Assembly: GCF_006345805.1 (NCBI RefSeq)
Contig: NC_043019.1
Coordinates: 20,769,360 to 20,833,359, forward strand
From: Octopus sinensis
Taxonomy: Eukaryota
Length of the DNA: 64,000 nucleotides
Direction of reading: 5' to 3'
Positions 24,662-37,725 of this stretch are shown here, piece after piece (positions within the stretch are counted from its first letter, which is position 1; each line of letters starts with the position of its first letter). The translations under genes were made by a program, and so were the position numbers. Under the pieces are notes generated by a model. That model searched no databases. It saw nothing but the letters and a program-made list of their open reading frames with translations, and was not told the origin of the DNA.

Positions 24662-25331
24662 ATTTTGGCACAAGTCCAGCAATTTTAGGGGATGGAGTAA
24701 GTCGATTACATCGAGCCCTGTACCCAACTGGTACTTATTTGATCGATTTCGAAAGGATGAAAGGCAAAGTCGACCTTGGCGGAATTTGAACTCAGTTTTG
24801 GGTGAGAGGATGAGTCATTTACATCTTATTTAATCGACCTCGAAAAGATGAAAGGCAAAGTCGACCTCGGAGGAATTTGAATTCAGAACGTAAAGGCAGA
24901 CGAAATACCTATTTCTTTACTACCCGCAAGGGGCTAAATAAATACAGAGAGGACAAACAAGGACAGACAAACGGTATAAGTCGATTACATCGACCTTCAG
25001 TGCGTAACTGGTACTTAATTTATCGACCCCGAAAGGATGAAAAGCAAAGTCGATCTCGGCGGAATTTGAACTCAGAACGTAAAGGCAGACGAAATACCTA
25101 TTTCTTTACTACCCGCAAGGGGCTAAATACAGAGAGGACAAACAAGGGCAGACAAACGGATTAAGTCGATTATATCGACCCAAGTGCGTAACTGGTACTT
25201 AGTTTATCAACCCCGAAAGGATGAATGGCAAAGTCGACTTCAGCGGAATTTGAACTCAGAACCTAAGGACGGACGAAATGCCGCTAAACATTTCGACCGG
25301 CGTGCTAACGATTCTGCCAGCTCGCAGCCTT
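24662..25331 (-). mobile_element. Tandem array of SINE B units and fragments
   Basis: About five head-to-tail units; junction cgaaatac|ctatttc at ~24908 and ~25097. Confidence 0.85.
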
Positions 25332-25333
25332 AA

Positions 25334-25490
<157 letters not shown>

Positions 25491-25492
25491 AC

Positions 25493-27539
25493 GCAAGTCT
25501 AGCGGGATTTCGTTGAACATGGCGGCCAACTATAAAGAGAAACAGATTGGTACCAGGACGCATCCTTGAACCCCAGTGATGGGAACCGGATCTGAAGGGC
25601 ATTTTTATGTATGGCATGCCCTACCCACCATGCCGTCGTGAAGGGAGCGGACCAGGTTAATGAAGTCCTCCGGACATCCGAACTGGGCAAGGATGGCCCA
25701 CATTGCAGAACGGGGGACCTTGTCAAAGGCTTTCTTTAGATCCCAGAAGAAGAGCATTGCAGGTTGTTGTTGTTGTTCCTGACACTTCTCCTGGAGTTGA
25801 CGGGCACAAAAGATCATGTCGATTGTGCCTCGAGAGGGTCGAAAGCCACACTGGGACTCAGAGAGGACGTCTTCTGCGAGGATGAGGAGGCGATTGAGCA
25901 GGATACGGGCGAAGATCTTACTTGCGATGCTCAGGAGTGAGATGTCTCGATGGTTGTTGCAATCCTCTCGGTCTCCTTTTTTGTAGATGGTGATGATAGT
26001 TGCATCGCGGAAGTCGTTCGAGGGAGGTGGGGGTCTTGCTTTCCCAGATCTTAAGGATAAGGAGTATCAGATGATTTCTCAGCTCAGGACCCCCGTGTGT
26101 GAAAAACTCAAACGGGATGTTGTCTGGTCCTGGAGCTTTCCCCGGCTTCAGGTGCACAAGTGCCTTGTTGAACTTATCACGTGAGGGCGGCAGGGACATC
26201 CAATGGCGGATGGGGAGCTGTGGGTGTTTTGGAGGAGATCGTCAGGGGTGCGTGAGTGGTCGTTAAGTAGGCACTCGAAATGGAACTTCCAGCGATCGAG
26301 AATTTCCTGGGTGTCGGTTATCGTAGAGCCAGCTGCGTTCTTCAGGCCGCCCACTGATGACCTTGTGGTAACTGCATAAAAGCTGCGCAAGTTTCGTTGG
26401 TCCGCATAGTTTTGCGTCTCCTCTGCCACCAGATGTTCTGAGCTTCTCGAATTCCTCGCTGGTATTCCGCTGATGCTTGCTAGTGTTTTCGTTTGTTCTC
26501 CGCAGTGGCGTGGTTCTCGAGGGCTAGGCGTGTCCGGAGTTTGGCTTCGATCAGACGGGAGATGGTTTCATCATTCTCGTCAAACCAGTCTTGGTTCTTC
26601 TTCCGGGCAAAGCCGATCGCCCTCTCGGCGGCAGCGGTCATGGCTTCAGGAAGGTTGGTCCAGCGATCCTCAATGGAGGTCCATTAGGTGTCTCTGAATG
26701 GATTCCCTGAAGTCTTAGGATGCCTATGAGTTCCGGAGTTTGACGCAGTCGAAGCGTCGGCAAGGGATGTTTGCCGAGACCCGCTTTGGTGGGCAGCGGA
26801 TCTTGATGGTCAAGGCGAGAAATAAGGCGGTGATCCGTCCAGCAGTCATCTGTACCAGGCATGGAACGGGTGATGCGTACATCTCGTCTGTCCCCGGATC
26901 TTGTCAGAACGTAGCCGAGGATGTGCCAGTGTTTAAAACCGTGGGGGTTTCCAGGTCATTCTTCATCGGGTAGGGAGACGAAATTGGGAGTTGGTGATGA
27001 TGAGTTCGTGCTCGGCGCAAAGGCCCAGGAGGAGCTGGTCATTGGCTTTGCATTTCCCAATGCCGTGATGACAAGAATGACATTCCACAGACAATGGTCA
27101 CTGCCGACTCTGCCGTTAAAGTCCCCACGACGAGTTTTCCATACACAGAGACTGTCTGGATGGTGCGCTCCAGTAGGTTATAGAACGAAGCCTTGACGTC
27201 ATCTTCAGATATGAGGATAGGGGCATACACAGATCAGCGTAAGGAATGTGTCCCGAATGAATGGTATCTGAACTGCCATCAGATGCTCACTTACGGCAGT
27301 TTGGATTAGTCTGTGTTGGTCCACGAGTCGCGTTTTGATGGCAAGGCCAACTCCATGGTTCATTAGGATTCTACCCCTTCCAAAAGATAGTGTATTTGGA
27401 GCCAGCTTCTCTGATGCTGCCTTCTTCGGGAAGCCTAGTCTCGCTCAAGGCTGCCACGTCGATGTTGAAGCGGGCAAGTTCTTTGCAGAGGAGGACTCTA
27501 CGTCGCTCTGGTCGCTTAATGTCACCCTTGTTCAGTAAG
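25493..27539 (-). pseudogene. RTE-clade LINE fragment: APE endonuclease plus N-terminal half of RT, frameshifted, 3'-truncated
   Basis: Peptides ELARFNIDVAALSETRLPEEGSI...YTIFWKG; YAP; DCWTDHRLI; KAPGPDNIP; MIFCARQLQEKCQEQ...FWDLKKAFDKVPR. Confidence 0.92.
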
Positions 27540-27637
27540 TATATATATATATGCCGAAAAAAAGACAAAATTGTCAATAACCATTATAATTTATGCGTCT
27601 CGAAACAAACCGACAGAAATTTCTAAAAAATCCGTTA

Positions 27638-27698
27638 TTACCGTATTGGTCCCAATTTCGGGGTTAATTCATAAGAATTTTCCCCTCTTCAGCGATAA
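27638..27698 (-). ncRNA. Type I hammerhead ribozyme motif, canonical core
   Basis: TTATCG-CTGAAGA-GGGG AA AATTC(TTAT)GAATT AA CCCC-GAAA-TTGG(GA)CCAA-TA^-CGGTAA; all three stems pair. Confidence 0.8.
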
Positions 27699-27907
27699 AT
27701 ACGTGAGATATAAGTGAAATACTTACTCATACCCATGGAAAAAGCAAGCACTAAGTCTGTGAAAGTTTCTAGTTCGAATCACACGTGTCTCGAGATGTGC
27801 CGAAGATTTTCTATTTTGGATATATTTGGGGTACTTAGGTCTGCTCAGGACTTAGTGCTTGCTTTTTCCATGGGTATGAGTAAGTATTTCACTTATATCT
27901 CACGTTT

Positions 27908-27968
27908 TTATCGCTGAAGAGGGGAAGATTCTTATGAATTAACCCCGAAATTGGGACCAATACCGTAA
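27908..27968 (+). ncRNA. Hammerhead motif, second arm copy
   Basis: Same core; one stem I mismatch (CCGTAA) and one substitution in the stem II extension. Confidence 0.68.
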
Positions 27969-28183
27969 TAACGGATTTTTTAGAAATTTCTGCCGGTTTG
28001 TTTCGAGACGCATAAATTATAATGGTTATTGACAATTGTCTTTTTTTCGGCATATTTGGCATTAGAATTTTTCTTTTGCCTTTATTTTGTAAATTATTTA
28101 TAAATCTAACCATTAAAGGTATTTTTTGATATGCTGGCCATTGATAAAATTTTTTTCTCGAAAAAAATTTTAGCCTACATTAG

Positions 28184-28256
<73 letters not shown>

Positions 28257-28527
28257 GTGTGTGTGTGTGTGTGTGTGTTTGTGTTTGTGTATGTATATAT
28301 ACATATACACGTATATATGTATGTATGTATGTATGTGTGTGTGTGTGTGTGTGTGTGTATACGTATATATAATGGATAATAAAACGAATGGGTTACACCT
28401 GGTAGCTGACTGGTAAAGCACAGTCACTTTCGCAGTCTCTGCTCCGAACAATCTCCGTCTATTCTGTGGACTAACGAGAGGATCATTAATAGAATTTCTC
28501 AACGACTCTCGAGATGCCTACACACAT

Positions 28528-29264
28528 ATACAATATCTTTTGGAAGGGGTAGAATCCTAATGAACCATGGAGTTGGCCTTGCCATCAAAACGCGACTCGT
28601 GGACCAACACAGACTAATCCAAACTGCCGTAAGTGAGCATCTGATGGCAGTTCAGATACCATTCATTCGGGACACATTCCTTACGCTGATCTGTGTATGC
28701 CCCTATCCTCATATCTGAAGATGACGTCAAGGCTTCGTTCTATAACCTACTGGAGCGCACCATCCAGACAGTCTCTGTGTATGGAAAACTCGTCGTGGGG
28801 ACTTTAACGGCAGAGTCGGCAGTGACCATTGTCTGTGGAATGTCATTCTTGGTCATCACGGCATTGGGAAATGCAAAGCCAATGACCAGCTCCTCCTGGG
28901 CCTTTGCGCCGAGAACGAACTCATCATCACCAACTCCCAATTTCGTCTCCCTACCCGATGAAGAATGACCTGGAAACACCCACGGTTTAAACACTGGCAC
29001 ATCCTCGGCTACGTTCTGACAAGATCCGGGGACAGACGAGATGTACGCATCACCCGTTCCATGCCTGGTACAGATGACTGCTGGACGGATCACCGCCTTA
29101 TTTCTCGCCTTGACCATCAAGATCCGCAGCCCACCAAAGCGGGTCTCGGCAAACATCCCTTGCCGACGCTTCGACTGCGTCAAACTCCGGAACTCATAGG
29201 CATCCTAAGACTTCAGGGAATCCATTCAGAGACACCTAATGGACCTCCATTGAGGATCGCTGGA
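28528..29264 (+). pseudogene. Inverted near-identical copy of RTE segment 26659-27395
   Basis: ~737 bp; differs by a few substitutions and homopolymer indels. Confidence 0.9.
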
Positions 29265-29797
29265 AGTAACTCTTATTGTATATATTCCAGACTTAATTTT
29301 TATTTTGCTTGTTTTACCGAAACGAACTTCCGTGTTTAACTCTTCAGGTTTTATCTTTATATTTTTTTTATTTGTTCCAGTCATTGGGCTACGGCCATGC
29401 TGGGGCACTGCTTTGCAGAGTTTAAGCCGAGCAAGTCGATCTCAGTATTCATTTTAAAGTCTGGTATTTATTTTATAGTTTTTTTTTTGCTGAACCGCTG
29501 TTACAGCGAAGTAAACAAACCGACACCAGTTGTCGAGCGGAGGAGCTGGGATTGGGATTTGAATAAACACGAAGAGACTCACATAACTTATATATGACAG
29601 GATTCCACACAGTTTCCGCCTATCATATTTACTTACATTAGTTGGTACGGCAGAAGACACTTGCTCAAGGTGCCAGACAGTGGGACTGAACCCGAAACCA
29701 CATGACTGCAAAGCGAAATTCTTAACCACACAGTCATGCCTGAAGAGATTTTTTTTTCAACTTATTTGCAGAATATGCAGGAGTGGGGATGAGCAGA

Positions 29798-30302
29798 CAG
29801 AATTTGAACTCAGAACGTAACGACAGACGAAATACTGCTAAGCATTTCGCCCGGCGTGCTAACGATCCTGCCGGCTCGCCGCCTTAATAATGATAATAGT
29901 AATAATAACACTATTTTCTACTATAGGCACAAAGCCTGAAATTTTGGGGGAGGGGACTAGTCGATTACATCGATCCCAGTATTTCACTGGTACTTAATTT
30001 ATCGACCCCGAAAGAATGAAAGGCAAAGTCGACCTCGGCGGAATTTGAACTCAGAACGTAACGGCAGACGAAATACCTATTTCTTTACTACCCACAAGGG
30101 GCTAAACACAGAGAGGACAAACAAGGACAGACAAACGGATTAAGTCGATTATATCGACCTCAGTGCGTAACTGGTACATATTTAATCGACTCAGAAAGGA
30201 TGAAAGGCAAAGTCGACCTCGGCGGAATTTGAACTCAGAACCCAAGGACGGACGAAATGCCGCTAAACATTTCGACCGGCGTGCTAACGTTTCTGCCAGC
30301 TC
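29798..30302 (-). mobile_element. SINE B fragments and dimer
   Basis: Junction cgaaatac|ctatttc at ~30076. Confidence 0.82.
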
Positions 30303-30865
30303 AAATAAAATGTCATCTTTTGGTGCCTGACTTTCGGTTCGCCCTGTATGTATGTATGTATGTATGTACATGCGTGTGGGTAAGTGTGTATGCGCACGCG
30401 TGTGTGTATGTGTTTATTTGCCTGTATGCTGTGTATGAACGTGAGAAAGACGTCGGTACGATAAAAATTAAAGGGAGGCTACTTTCAACTATTTCTTAAA
30501 GCTCATCATGTATCTGTAATGCAAGTAGTCTTCCCTTAGTTGCTATGGGAGACTATTCAATTAAGGGAAATAATCCGGAGAATGACACGAATTTCATGTA
30601 AGGGTCGTAAATCTTGTATCGATTGAAAATAGACATCGTCGTCTAAAAAAGCTATTCCCAAATTTCGTGGAATTATTTTTTCTCACTGTCTATGGCCGGG
30701 TTTGATCTCTATATGATCATCGTTCTAGATTTATCCTATCTCTATAGGAGAATTTAGATCCAAAAGAAGAGAGGGGAGCAATCATCAGTTTTTTTGTAGT
30801 CTTCAAAAATAGGGATAAAACCTAAGCCTTCACTCATAAGCGAATCGAGCCCAACTTGTTTCAGG

Positions 30866-31470
30866 AAAGCGATGAGCTGGCAGAACCATTAGCACGTCTG
30901 GCAAAAGGCTTAATGGAATTTCGTTCGTCTTTACCTATTTCTTTACTACCCACAAGGGGCTAAATACAGAGAGGACAAACAAGGACATACAAACGGATTA
31001 AGTCGATTGTATCGATCCCAGTGCATAACTGGTACTTATTTAATCGACCCCCGAAAGGATGAAAGGCAAAGTCGACCTCAGCGGAATTTGAACTCAGAAC
31101 GTAACGGCAGACGAAATACCTATTTCTTTACTACCCACAAGGGGCTATACACAGAGGGGACAAACAAGGACATACAAACGGATTAAGTTGATTATATCGA
31201 CCCCGAAAGGTTGAGAGGCAAAGTCGATCTCGGCGGAATTTGAACTCAGAACGTAACGGACGACGAAATACCACCAAGCATTCCGCCCGACGTCCTAACG
31301 TTTCTGCCAGCTCGCTGCCATCGTTCGTCTTTAACTTCCGAGTTCAAATTCTGCTGGAGTTGACTTTGCCATTCGTCCTTTTGGAGTCGATAGAATAGGC
31401 ACCAGATGAACATCTGGTTCGATGTAATCAACTTAGCCCCTGCCCCAAACATGCAGGCCTTGAGCCAAAA
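30866..31470. mobile_element. SINE B cluster (minus dimer flanked by plus fragments)
   Basis: Junction cgaaatac|ctatttc at ~31119. Confidence 0.8.
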
Positions 31471-31718
31471 TTTGCAATCATTATTGTTTCAGGAGTCTAT
31501 GCTTAGATGCGAACAAACATAGTTACCCTCTTGGCCTAGCTCCTCTCATTAAATTTTTCAGCTTCATTTGGAGATGAAAGTGAGAATGGAGAGGAAAGTA
31601 TTCACCTCCAGTGAACTTGTCAACAGGTGAATGAAAATAATAAGAGTGAATGTAACTACTATAAGATTATGTCTTTAGGTCAGAGAATAACAATTGGGTG
31701 AGATATGCTGTTGGTGGT

Positions 31719-32072
31719 TTGTTTGTTTGTTGAGCGAAGCGGTCTTCATCCTAGAAGTCCGAAATGTGGTCCTTTGCTATTCGTAAGAGAAAGCAGGTCA
31801 ACCCCCGACACCGAGAGCATTGACGGATGGATGAATGCGCATCTAGGCTCAGCGGTTGCGTAGGAAGTCGGGGACAAGAAACAAGAAGAAAGAGTGAGAG
31901 AAAGTTTGAGCGAAATAGTACAACAGAGGTCGCCAACCACCCTGCCGGAGCTTCGTGGAGCTTTTAGGTGTTTTCACTCAATAAACACACACAGTGCCCG
32001 GTCTGGGAATCGAAACTGTGATCCTCCAACCGCAAGTCCGCTGCCCTAACCATTGGGCCATTGCACCTCCAC
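31719..32072 (-). mobile_element. SINE family A'
   Basis: Homologous to 3205-3602; 13-bp TSD TGCTGTTGGTGGT at 31706-31718 and 32073-32085. Confidence 0.88.
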
Positions 32073-32431
32073 TGCTGTTGGTGGTCTGAATGCTTTGCGG
32101 TCTTTACGTTCTGAGTTCAAATTCTGCTGAGGTTGACTTTGCCTTTCATCCTTTCGGGATCAATAAATTTAGTACCAGCTATGTACTGAGATCGATGTAA
32201 TCAACTAGTCCCCTCCCCTAAAATTTTAGGCCTTGTACCTATAAGAGAAAAGACCATTATTATTATTATTATCAAGGCAGTGAGCTAGCGGAATCGTTAG
32301 CACACTGGGCAAAATGCTTAACAGTATTTCGTCTAGAGAGTTCCATGTTTACCAGTATGTTCCAACCCTGGCACTACAATCCCTCAGTAGAATGACTTTA
32401 TCAGAATTGAGGATTTTCCTAAGAATGGCTC

Positions 32432-32850
32432 TCAGCTGGGTATAAAAATAGTTTTATCTCCATCACGACTAGTCAAAGTAGGTGCATAGGCACTTATTAG
32501 AGTAGCAAACCGCTCACCTTTTAGGTGTAATCGTAGAGTCATTAGACATTCCTTTATAGGAACAGGAAGCTCCTCCAACTTCTTAAGGATATCAGATTGA
32601 ACTGCAAAGCCTACACCAGCCTCTCTGTGCTCCTCCTTCAGCCTACCCTTCCAAAAAACGGTGTATCCATCTCCTACTTCCTCAAGCTGACCATCACCTT
32701 CTATACGAGTCTCTGAAAGTGCAGCTATAGCAATGTTATAGTGGTTCAGCTTGCAAGCAATAAGTGCAGTGCAGTGCATCTTTGAGGCCTACAATCACTC
32801 TTGTTATCCAATAGAGTGTGCACATTCCAACAAGAAATGTTCAAGTTCCA
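32432..32850 (-). pseudogene. RTE-clade (BovB-like) endonuclease remnant, older subfamily
   Basis: WNVHTLLD...IAALSETRIEGDGQLEEVGDGYTVFWKG...GVGFAV...LMTLRL...ISAYAPTL. Confidence 0.85.
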
Positions 32851-33526
32851 TCCAGATTTCATAAAAAAAGTCTCTTTGTTTTTAGAGTGCAGGGTGGACA
32901 TCTGTCAGTTGAGCTAATCTGACCAGATATAAAAAGACAGGCAATTTTTTATTCATCTAGAACCTCTCTGGCCTCTGGGTGAGAAGTGCCCTCTCCAAAT
33001 GGAGCAGCTCAGAAATCAAATCTTATCACTGTCTTAGGTGACAAGGAGATGACTTTATATCTAGCATGGGCTGCCTATGTGCAGGTCACTGACTACATAC
33101 TTCCAACCCATCAGGCCTGCATGCTTCACCACCTTCCCATCACCGCAGGACTTCCAAATAAAAATAAAATAAATATATACTAAAAATAAATAAATATATA
33201 TTAAAAATAAAGATACATATATACTGAAAATAAAATAAATATATATAAGGATAAAAAAAAAAGCAGCACATATCGAATAGAGGTCAGCAATGCCTGTACA
33301 GAGTTTTAGGTCCAACATAGACCCTCTCTACTCTATTGACATTATCCAGTGACAAGCCAGAGCGAGATGTCTGGTGCCAATATGAGTCGCAGGCTCAGGG
33401 ATGTGGGAGTGCCATGATCTCTAGCACAAACCAAAGATCCCCAAAATGTCCAATGCCATTCCCTGCATATCTGTGTGTGTGTGTGTTGTGTGTGTCTATA
33501 CATATATAAATACATATATATATATA

Positions 33527-34182
33527 GGTAAGTGTGTATGTATTATATACATATGTATGTGTGTATACATTTATACAACCCACACAAATATATATGTAGA
33601 TATACATTATGGTTCGGGCATGGCTTCATGGTAAGAAGCTTGCTTCCCAACCACATGCATGGCACCTTGGACAAATGTCTTCTAGCATAGTCTCAAGCCA
33701 ACCAAAGCTTTGTGAGTGGATTTGATACACAGAAACTGAAAGCCCATCATATATATGTATGTATATGTCTATGTGTATGTGTGTGTGTGTCTTTGAGTCT
33801 GTGTTTATCCACCTACCACCACTGCTTAATGTCCCTGTTGCTTAGCAGTTTGGCAAAAAAAAGTATTAGGCTTTAAAAAAATAAGTACTGAGGTCGATAC
33901 ATTCAACTGAAAATTCTAGAAGGTGGTGCCCCAGCATGGCCGCAGTCTAATTACTAAAACAAGTGAGAAAGGAAGTGATATACATAACGTATGTACATAT
34001 ACACATATATATTATACAATATAACAGAATGGAATAAGCAGAGCAAGAGCACACACATGAAGATGGATAGTGTCACTGAAGAGGTCACAGATGTGTGGCG
34101 AAAGATTTCCGGACAATGGACATGAGTTAGAATAAGAACAGTAATAAACGAATGAAGAATGAATATATAGTGCATGTGTTTG
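33527..34182. repeat. Inverted segmental duplication, partner at 38576-39220
   Basis: Homology runs continuously across microsatellite flank, degenerate SINE C and adjacent non-SINE sequence; by-eye identity roughly 90%. Confidence 0.85.
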
Positions 34183-34466
34183 AACCAGTTGTTAAATGCC
34201 TCACCTGTGAGGGACCAATGCAAGATGTGTGGAAACAATTGTGATTAATAAAAATTCTCCTATCTTCCATATTCAGTTTTTCATTTACCACATACACACA
34301 CACACACACACATGCAAGTATGCATGTTTGTATGTATGTACATATACATACTGCACATTCTCACACACACACGATGGGTTTTCTGTGAACTAAATTCCAC
34401 TTAGATACCATCAGTTGATCACAAAGTTACATATTAGAAGACATCTGATCAAAGTGCCAGGCAGTG

Positions 34467-34630
34467 GCATGGACCAAACCCCAAACCCTGTGGTTTACCA
34501 AGGGAACCTCTCTTTCTGACCACAGGGCCATTACTTGCACCTGTGTGAATTTTTTGCATTTTTCTTCCTTTTTTTTTTACACAGGAATAATAAAACAGAA
34601 CAGAGAAGTCAGGCCACAGCATCATATCTC
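34467..34630. repeat. Direct repeat, partner at 37564-37727
   Basis: ~164 bp near-identical. Confidence 0.88.
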
Positions 34631-35027
34631 CAGAGTTTTCTTGAAGAAGGGGTTCTAACCCCGAAATATTGAAATATAAAGTATAAAATAAAAAAAATAA
34701 CATCTATTTGTATTAATTACTAATAAACTATGGTAGCAAGCTAACAGGATCATAAGCATGCCAGGCAAAGTGCTTTGTTGCATTTTTTCTGGTTTTATGA
34801 TCTGAGTTCAAATTCCACTGAGGCTGACTTTGCCTTTCATCACTTTAGGGCTGATAAACTAAGTTGAGCACTGGGGTTGATGTAATTGACTGTCACCCCA
34901 CTCTCTGAAAATTTCAGTTCTTATGTGTATAGTAGAAAGAATTATTTCTGATAAATTGAAGTAGAAAGATGGCAGAAACATTAGCACACCAGACAAGATG
35001 CTTTACAGCATTTCGTCCAACTCCCTA

Positions 35028-35603
35028 TACTCTTTACTCTCTCTTTTACTCTTTTACTTGTTTCAGTCATTTGACTGTGGCCATGCTGGAGCACCGCCTT
35101 TAGTCGAGCAAATCGACCCCGGGACTTATTCTTTTTGTAAGCCCAGTACTTATTCTATCTGTCTCTTTTGCCGAATCGCTAAGTGACGGGGACTTTACTC
35201 TTTTACTTGTTTCAGTCATTTGACTGTGGCCATGCTGGAGCACCACCTTTAGTCGAGCAAATCGACTCCGGGACTTATTCTTTGTAAGCCCAGTACTTAT
35301 TCTATCAGTCTCTTTCGCCGAACCGCTAAGTGATGGGGACGTAAACACACCAGCATCGGTTGTCAAGCAATGCTAAGGGGACAAACACAGACACACAAAC
35401 ATGCACACACACATACATATATATATATATACATATATACGATGGGTTCCTTTCAGTTTCCATCTACCAAATTCACTCACAAGGCATTGGTCGGCCCGGG
35501 GCTATAGCAGAAGACACTTGCCCAAGATGCCATGCAGTGGGACTGAACCCGGAACCATGTGGTTGGTAAACAAGCTACTTACCACACAGCCACTCCTGCG
35601 CCT
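35028..35603 (-). mobile_element. SINE family C with tandem duplication of its 3' ~150 bp
   Basis: Segment ~35045-35192 repeated at ~35193-35340. Confidence 0.87.
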
Positions 35604-35860
35604 ATGTAATACTATGTTCTGAACTCAAATTCCCCCAAGGTTGACTATGCCTACCATCTTTCTAATAAATTGACATGGCAAGCTGGCAGAAACATTAGCA
35701 TATTGGATAAAATGCTTTGCAGAATTTCTTCTAGCTCTATATATTCAGAGCTCAAAGTCTGTGAAAGTCAACTTTGCCTTTCCTGCTTTTGGGGTTGATA
35801 ATATAGGTATCAATTGAGCACTAGGAACCAATGTGATCAACTAGCTTATTCTCCCCAAAT

Positions 35861-36202
35861 TTCGAGCTTTGGTGTTGGAGAAGACTTTTGCGGATTCCAT
35901 GGACAGCAAGGCTCACCAATGGAGAAGTTCTTAAGCAGATAAGGCCGAAAATGTCGCTAGAAGCTGGGATCACCAAGCGTAGATTGGCATATTTCAGTCA
36001 TATTATGTGGAGAAAATCCCTGGAGAAGGACATCATGCTCGGAATGGTCAGTGGCAAGAGAAGAAGAGGCCAACCAAGAACCTGCTGGCTTGACACCGTC
36101 AGGAGTGATACCGGAATGGACATGGCCAATCTGAAGGAAGCGACTCAGGATAGAACTGACTGGAGGACACTGATCCAATGAGTGACCGAGAGTCGACTTC
36201 GA
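35861..36202 (+). pseudogene. RTE LINE 3' end (5'-truncated)
   Basis: FELWCWRRLLRIPWTAR...RRLAYFSHIMW...IMLGMVSGKRRRGQPRTCWLD...DRTDWR. Confidence 0.88.
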
Positions 36203-36457
36203 CAATATTTAACCCTTTTGTTTCCACATTTTTGACTTTGTTTTGATTAATTTTCAAAATAATGAAGTATTTTGTAAAACTAGTTTGTCCTTGGGTTTGA
36301 AACATAAATTGGCATGAGATTTTGATGGAAGAAGGTTTTTTTTATTTAGAGCACATTAAAACAAGAAGTTTGTGACATAGAACCAGGGGCCAGTTTGCCT
36401 ATAGTAAAAAAGATTAATTTTCGTAACTTGCTTTGTTTTGGCTTAGAAATATTAAAA

Positions 36458-36971
36458 ACTAGCAGTATCGCCCGGCGTTGCTCGGGTTTGTAAGGGAAAT
36501 AACTATATAAGCATTTTTAGAGAGTTACTTCCCTTATAGATGCCAATTCGGGCTTTCTTAGCCATTTCTGTTTTGGTGTCTTCAAGCCATGAAGTCGTTG
36601 TTCTAAAAGAATGCTGGTCTCCTTAACAACGCATTACGACGTTGATTTCCTTCACTCCCTTCCCCACAGCTTCACGAGGGAGGGAAGAAGGGGGAGAAGC
36701 AAACAGGTGCAGGTGTGACCGTGGACGCCAACTCTGCCGCCATCGACACACGAAAAATTATGCATTAAAATGGAATAAAAAATGATGTTAAATTATTTTT
36801 AAAATCATAGACTCATCGTATATGCGCGCTAATACTCAGACGGGCTTGATATGAATCACGACAATAAGATACCCGAATTTGGTTAAACTGCACCGCAAAA
36901 TGTGGGAGTAGTTAGGAATCTAAATCGAAGGGGACAGACACTCACACAACTACAGTTTTACATATATAGAT
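36458..36971 (+). mobile_element. Non-autonomous Helitron/Helentron-like element
   Basis: 5' ACTAGCAGTATCGCCCGGCGTTGCTCGGG; 3' cagacactcacacaactacagttttacatatatagat. Confidence 0.62.
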
Positions 36972-37521
36972 ATAATAAATAAATAAATAATTTATCTGCC
37001 ATGCTAAACTGACAATAATTATTGCAAGACACTGATCTGAACGTTTTGGCCAGCATTATTAACGAAATATGTATTGATTAAATTAGTCCTATGACATAAA
37101 ACGATCTCTCTCTTCCAACAGTTGGGGAGTCTAAGTATGAATGTCCGTGTTTGAGGTTTTCGATAATTTGATAAATCTCTGCTAAGAAGCTTAGATAACA
37201 GCAGAGCAAATGATGTCATGAGTAATTAGCTTAACACATATTGGCTAGCTGCACGTGTCACGTATAATGCCATAGACACAAAAAAAAAAGGCCACATCTA
37301 AGTTATTTGCTTTGTGAGTCTCTTTGCGAGTACCAAATTAAATTGAAGAGCCGAACTGAGGTTATTCAACCTGTGAGATAGAGTAACAGAAATAATAATA
37401 ATAATAATAATAACGGTTGCTATTTTCTGTACTCCCTGATAACATCATGTACGGAGGATCACGCCACCAATATGTGAGTCAGTCAATTTTTTTCCTATCT
37501 GCATGTTATCACATTCAGACA

Positions 37522-37563
<42 letters not shown>

Positions 37564-37725
37564 GCATGGACCAAGCCCCAAACCCTGTGGTTTACCAAGG
37601 GAACCTCCCTTTCTGACCACAGGGCCATTACTCGCACCTGTGTGAATTTTTTGCATTTTTCTTCCTTTTTTTTTTACAAAGGAAGAATAAAACAGAACAG
37701 AGAAGTCAGGCCACAACATCAAATC

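Larger units (their letters stand above)
27549..28055. mobile_element. Foldback element, ~208-bp inverted arms around a 91-bp spacer, each arm carrying a hammerhead
   Basis: 27549-27757 is the near-perfect reverse complement of 27849-28055; begins in a (TA)n run. Confidence 0.85.

Noticed and set aside
24662-25331. Tandem ~190-bp repeats as a possible CRISPR or satellite array
   Set aside because: Units are SINE B bodies; no unique spacers and no cas genes.
31562-31626. 65-nt candidate exon (tttttcag|...LHLEMKVRMERKVFTSSELVN...|gtgaat)
   Set aside because: Splice sites and one open frame are plausible, but it is short, unrecognised and has no partner exons; needs RNA-seq.
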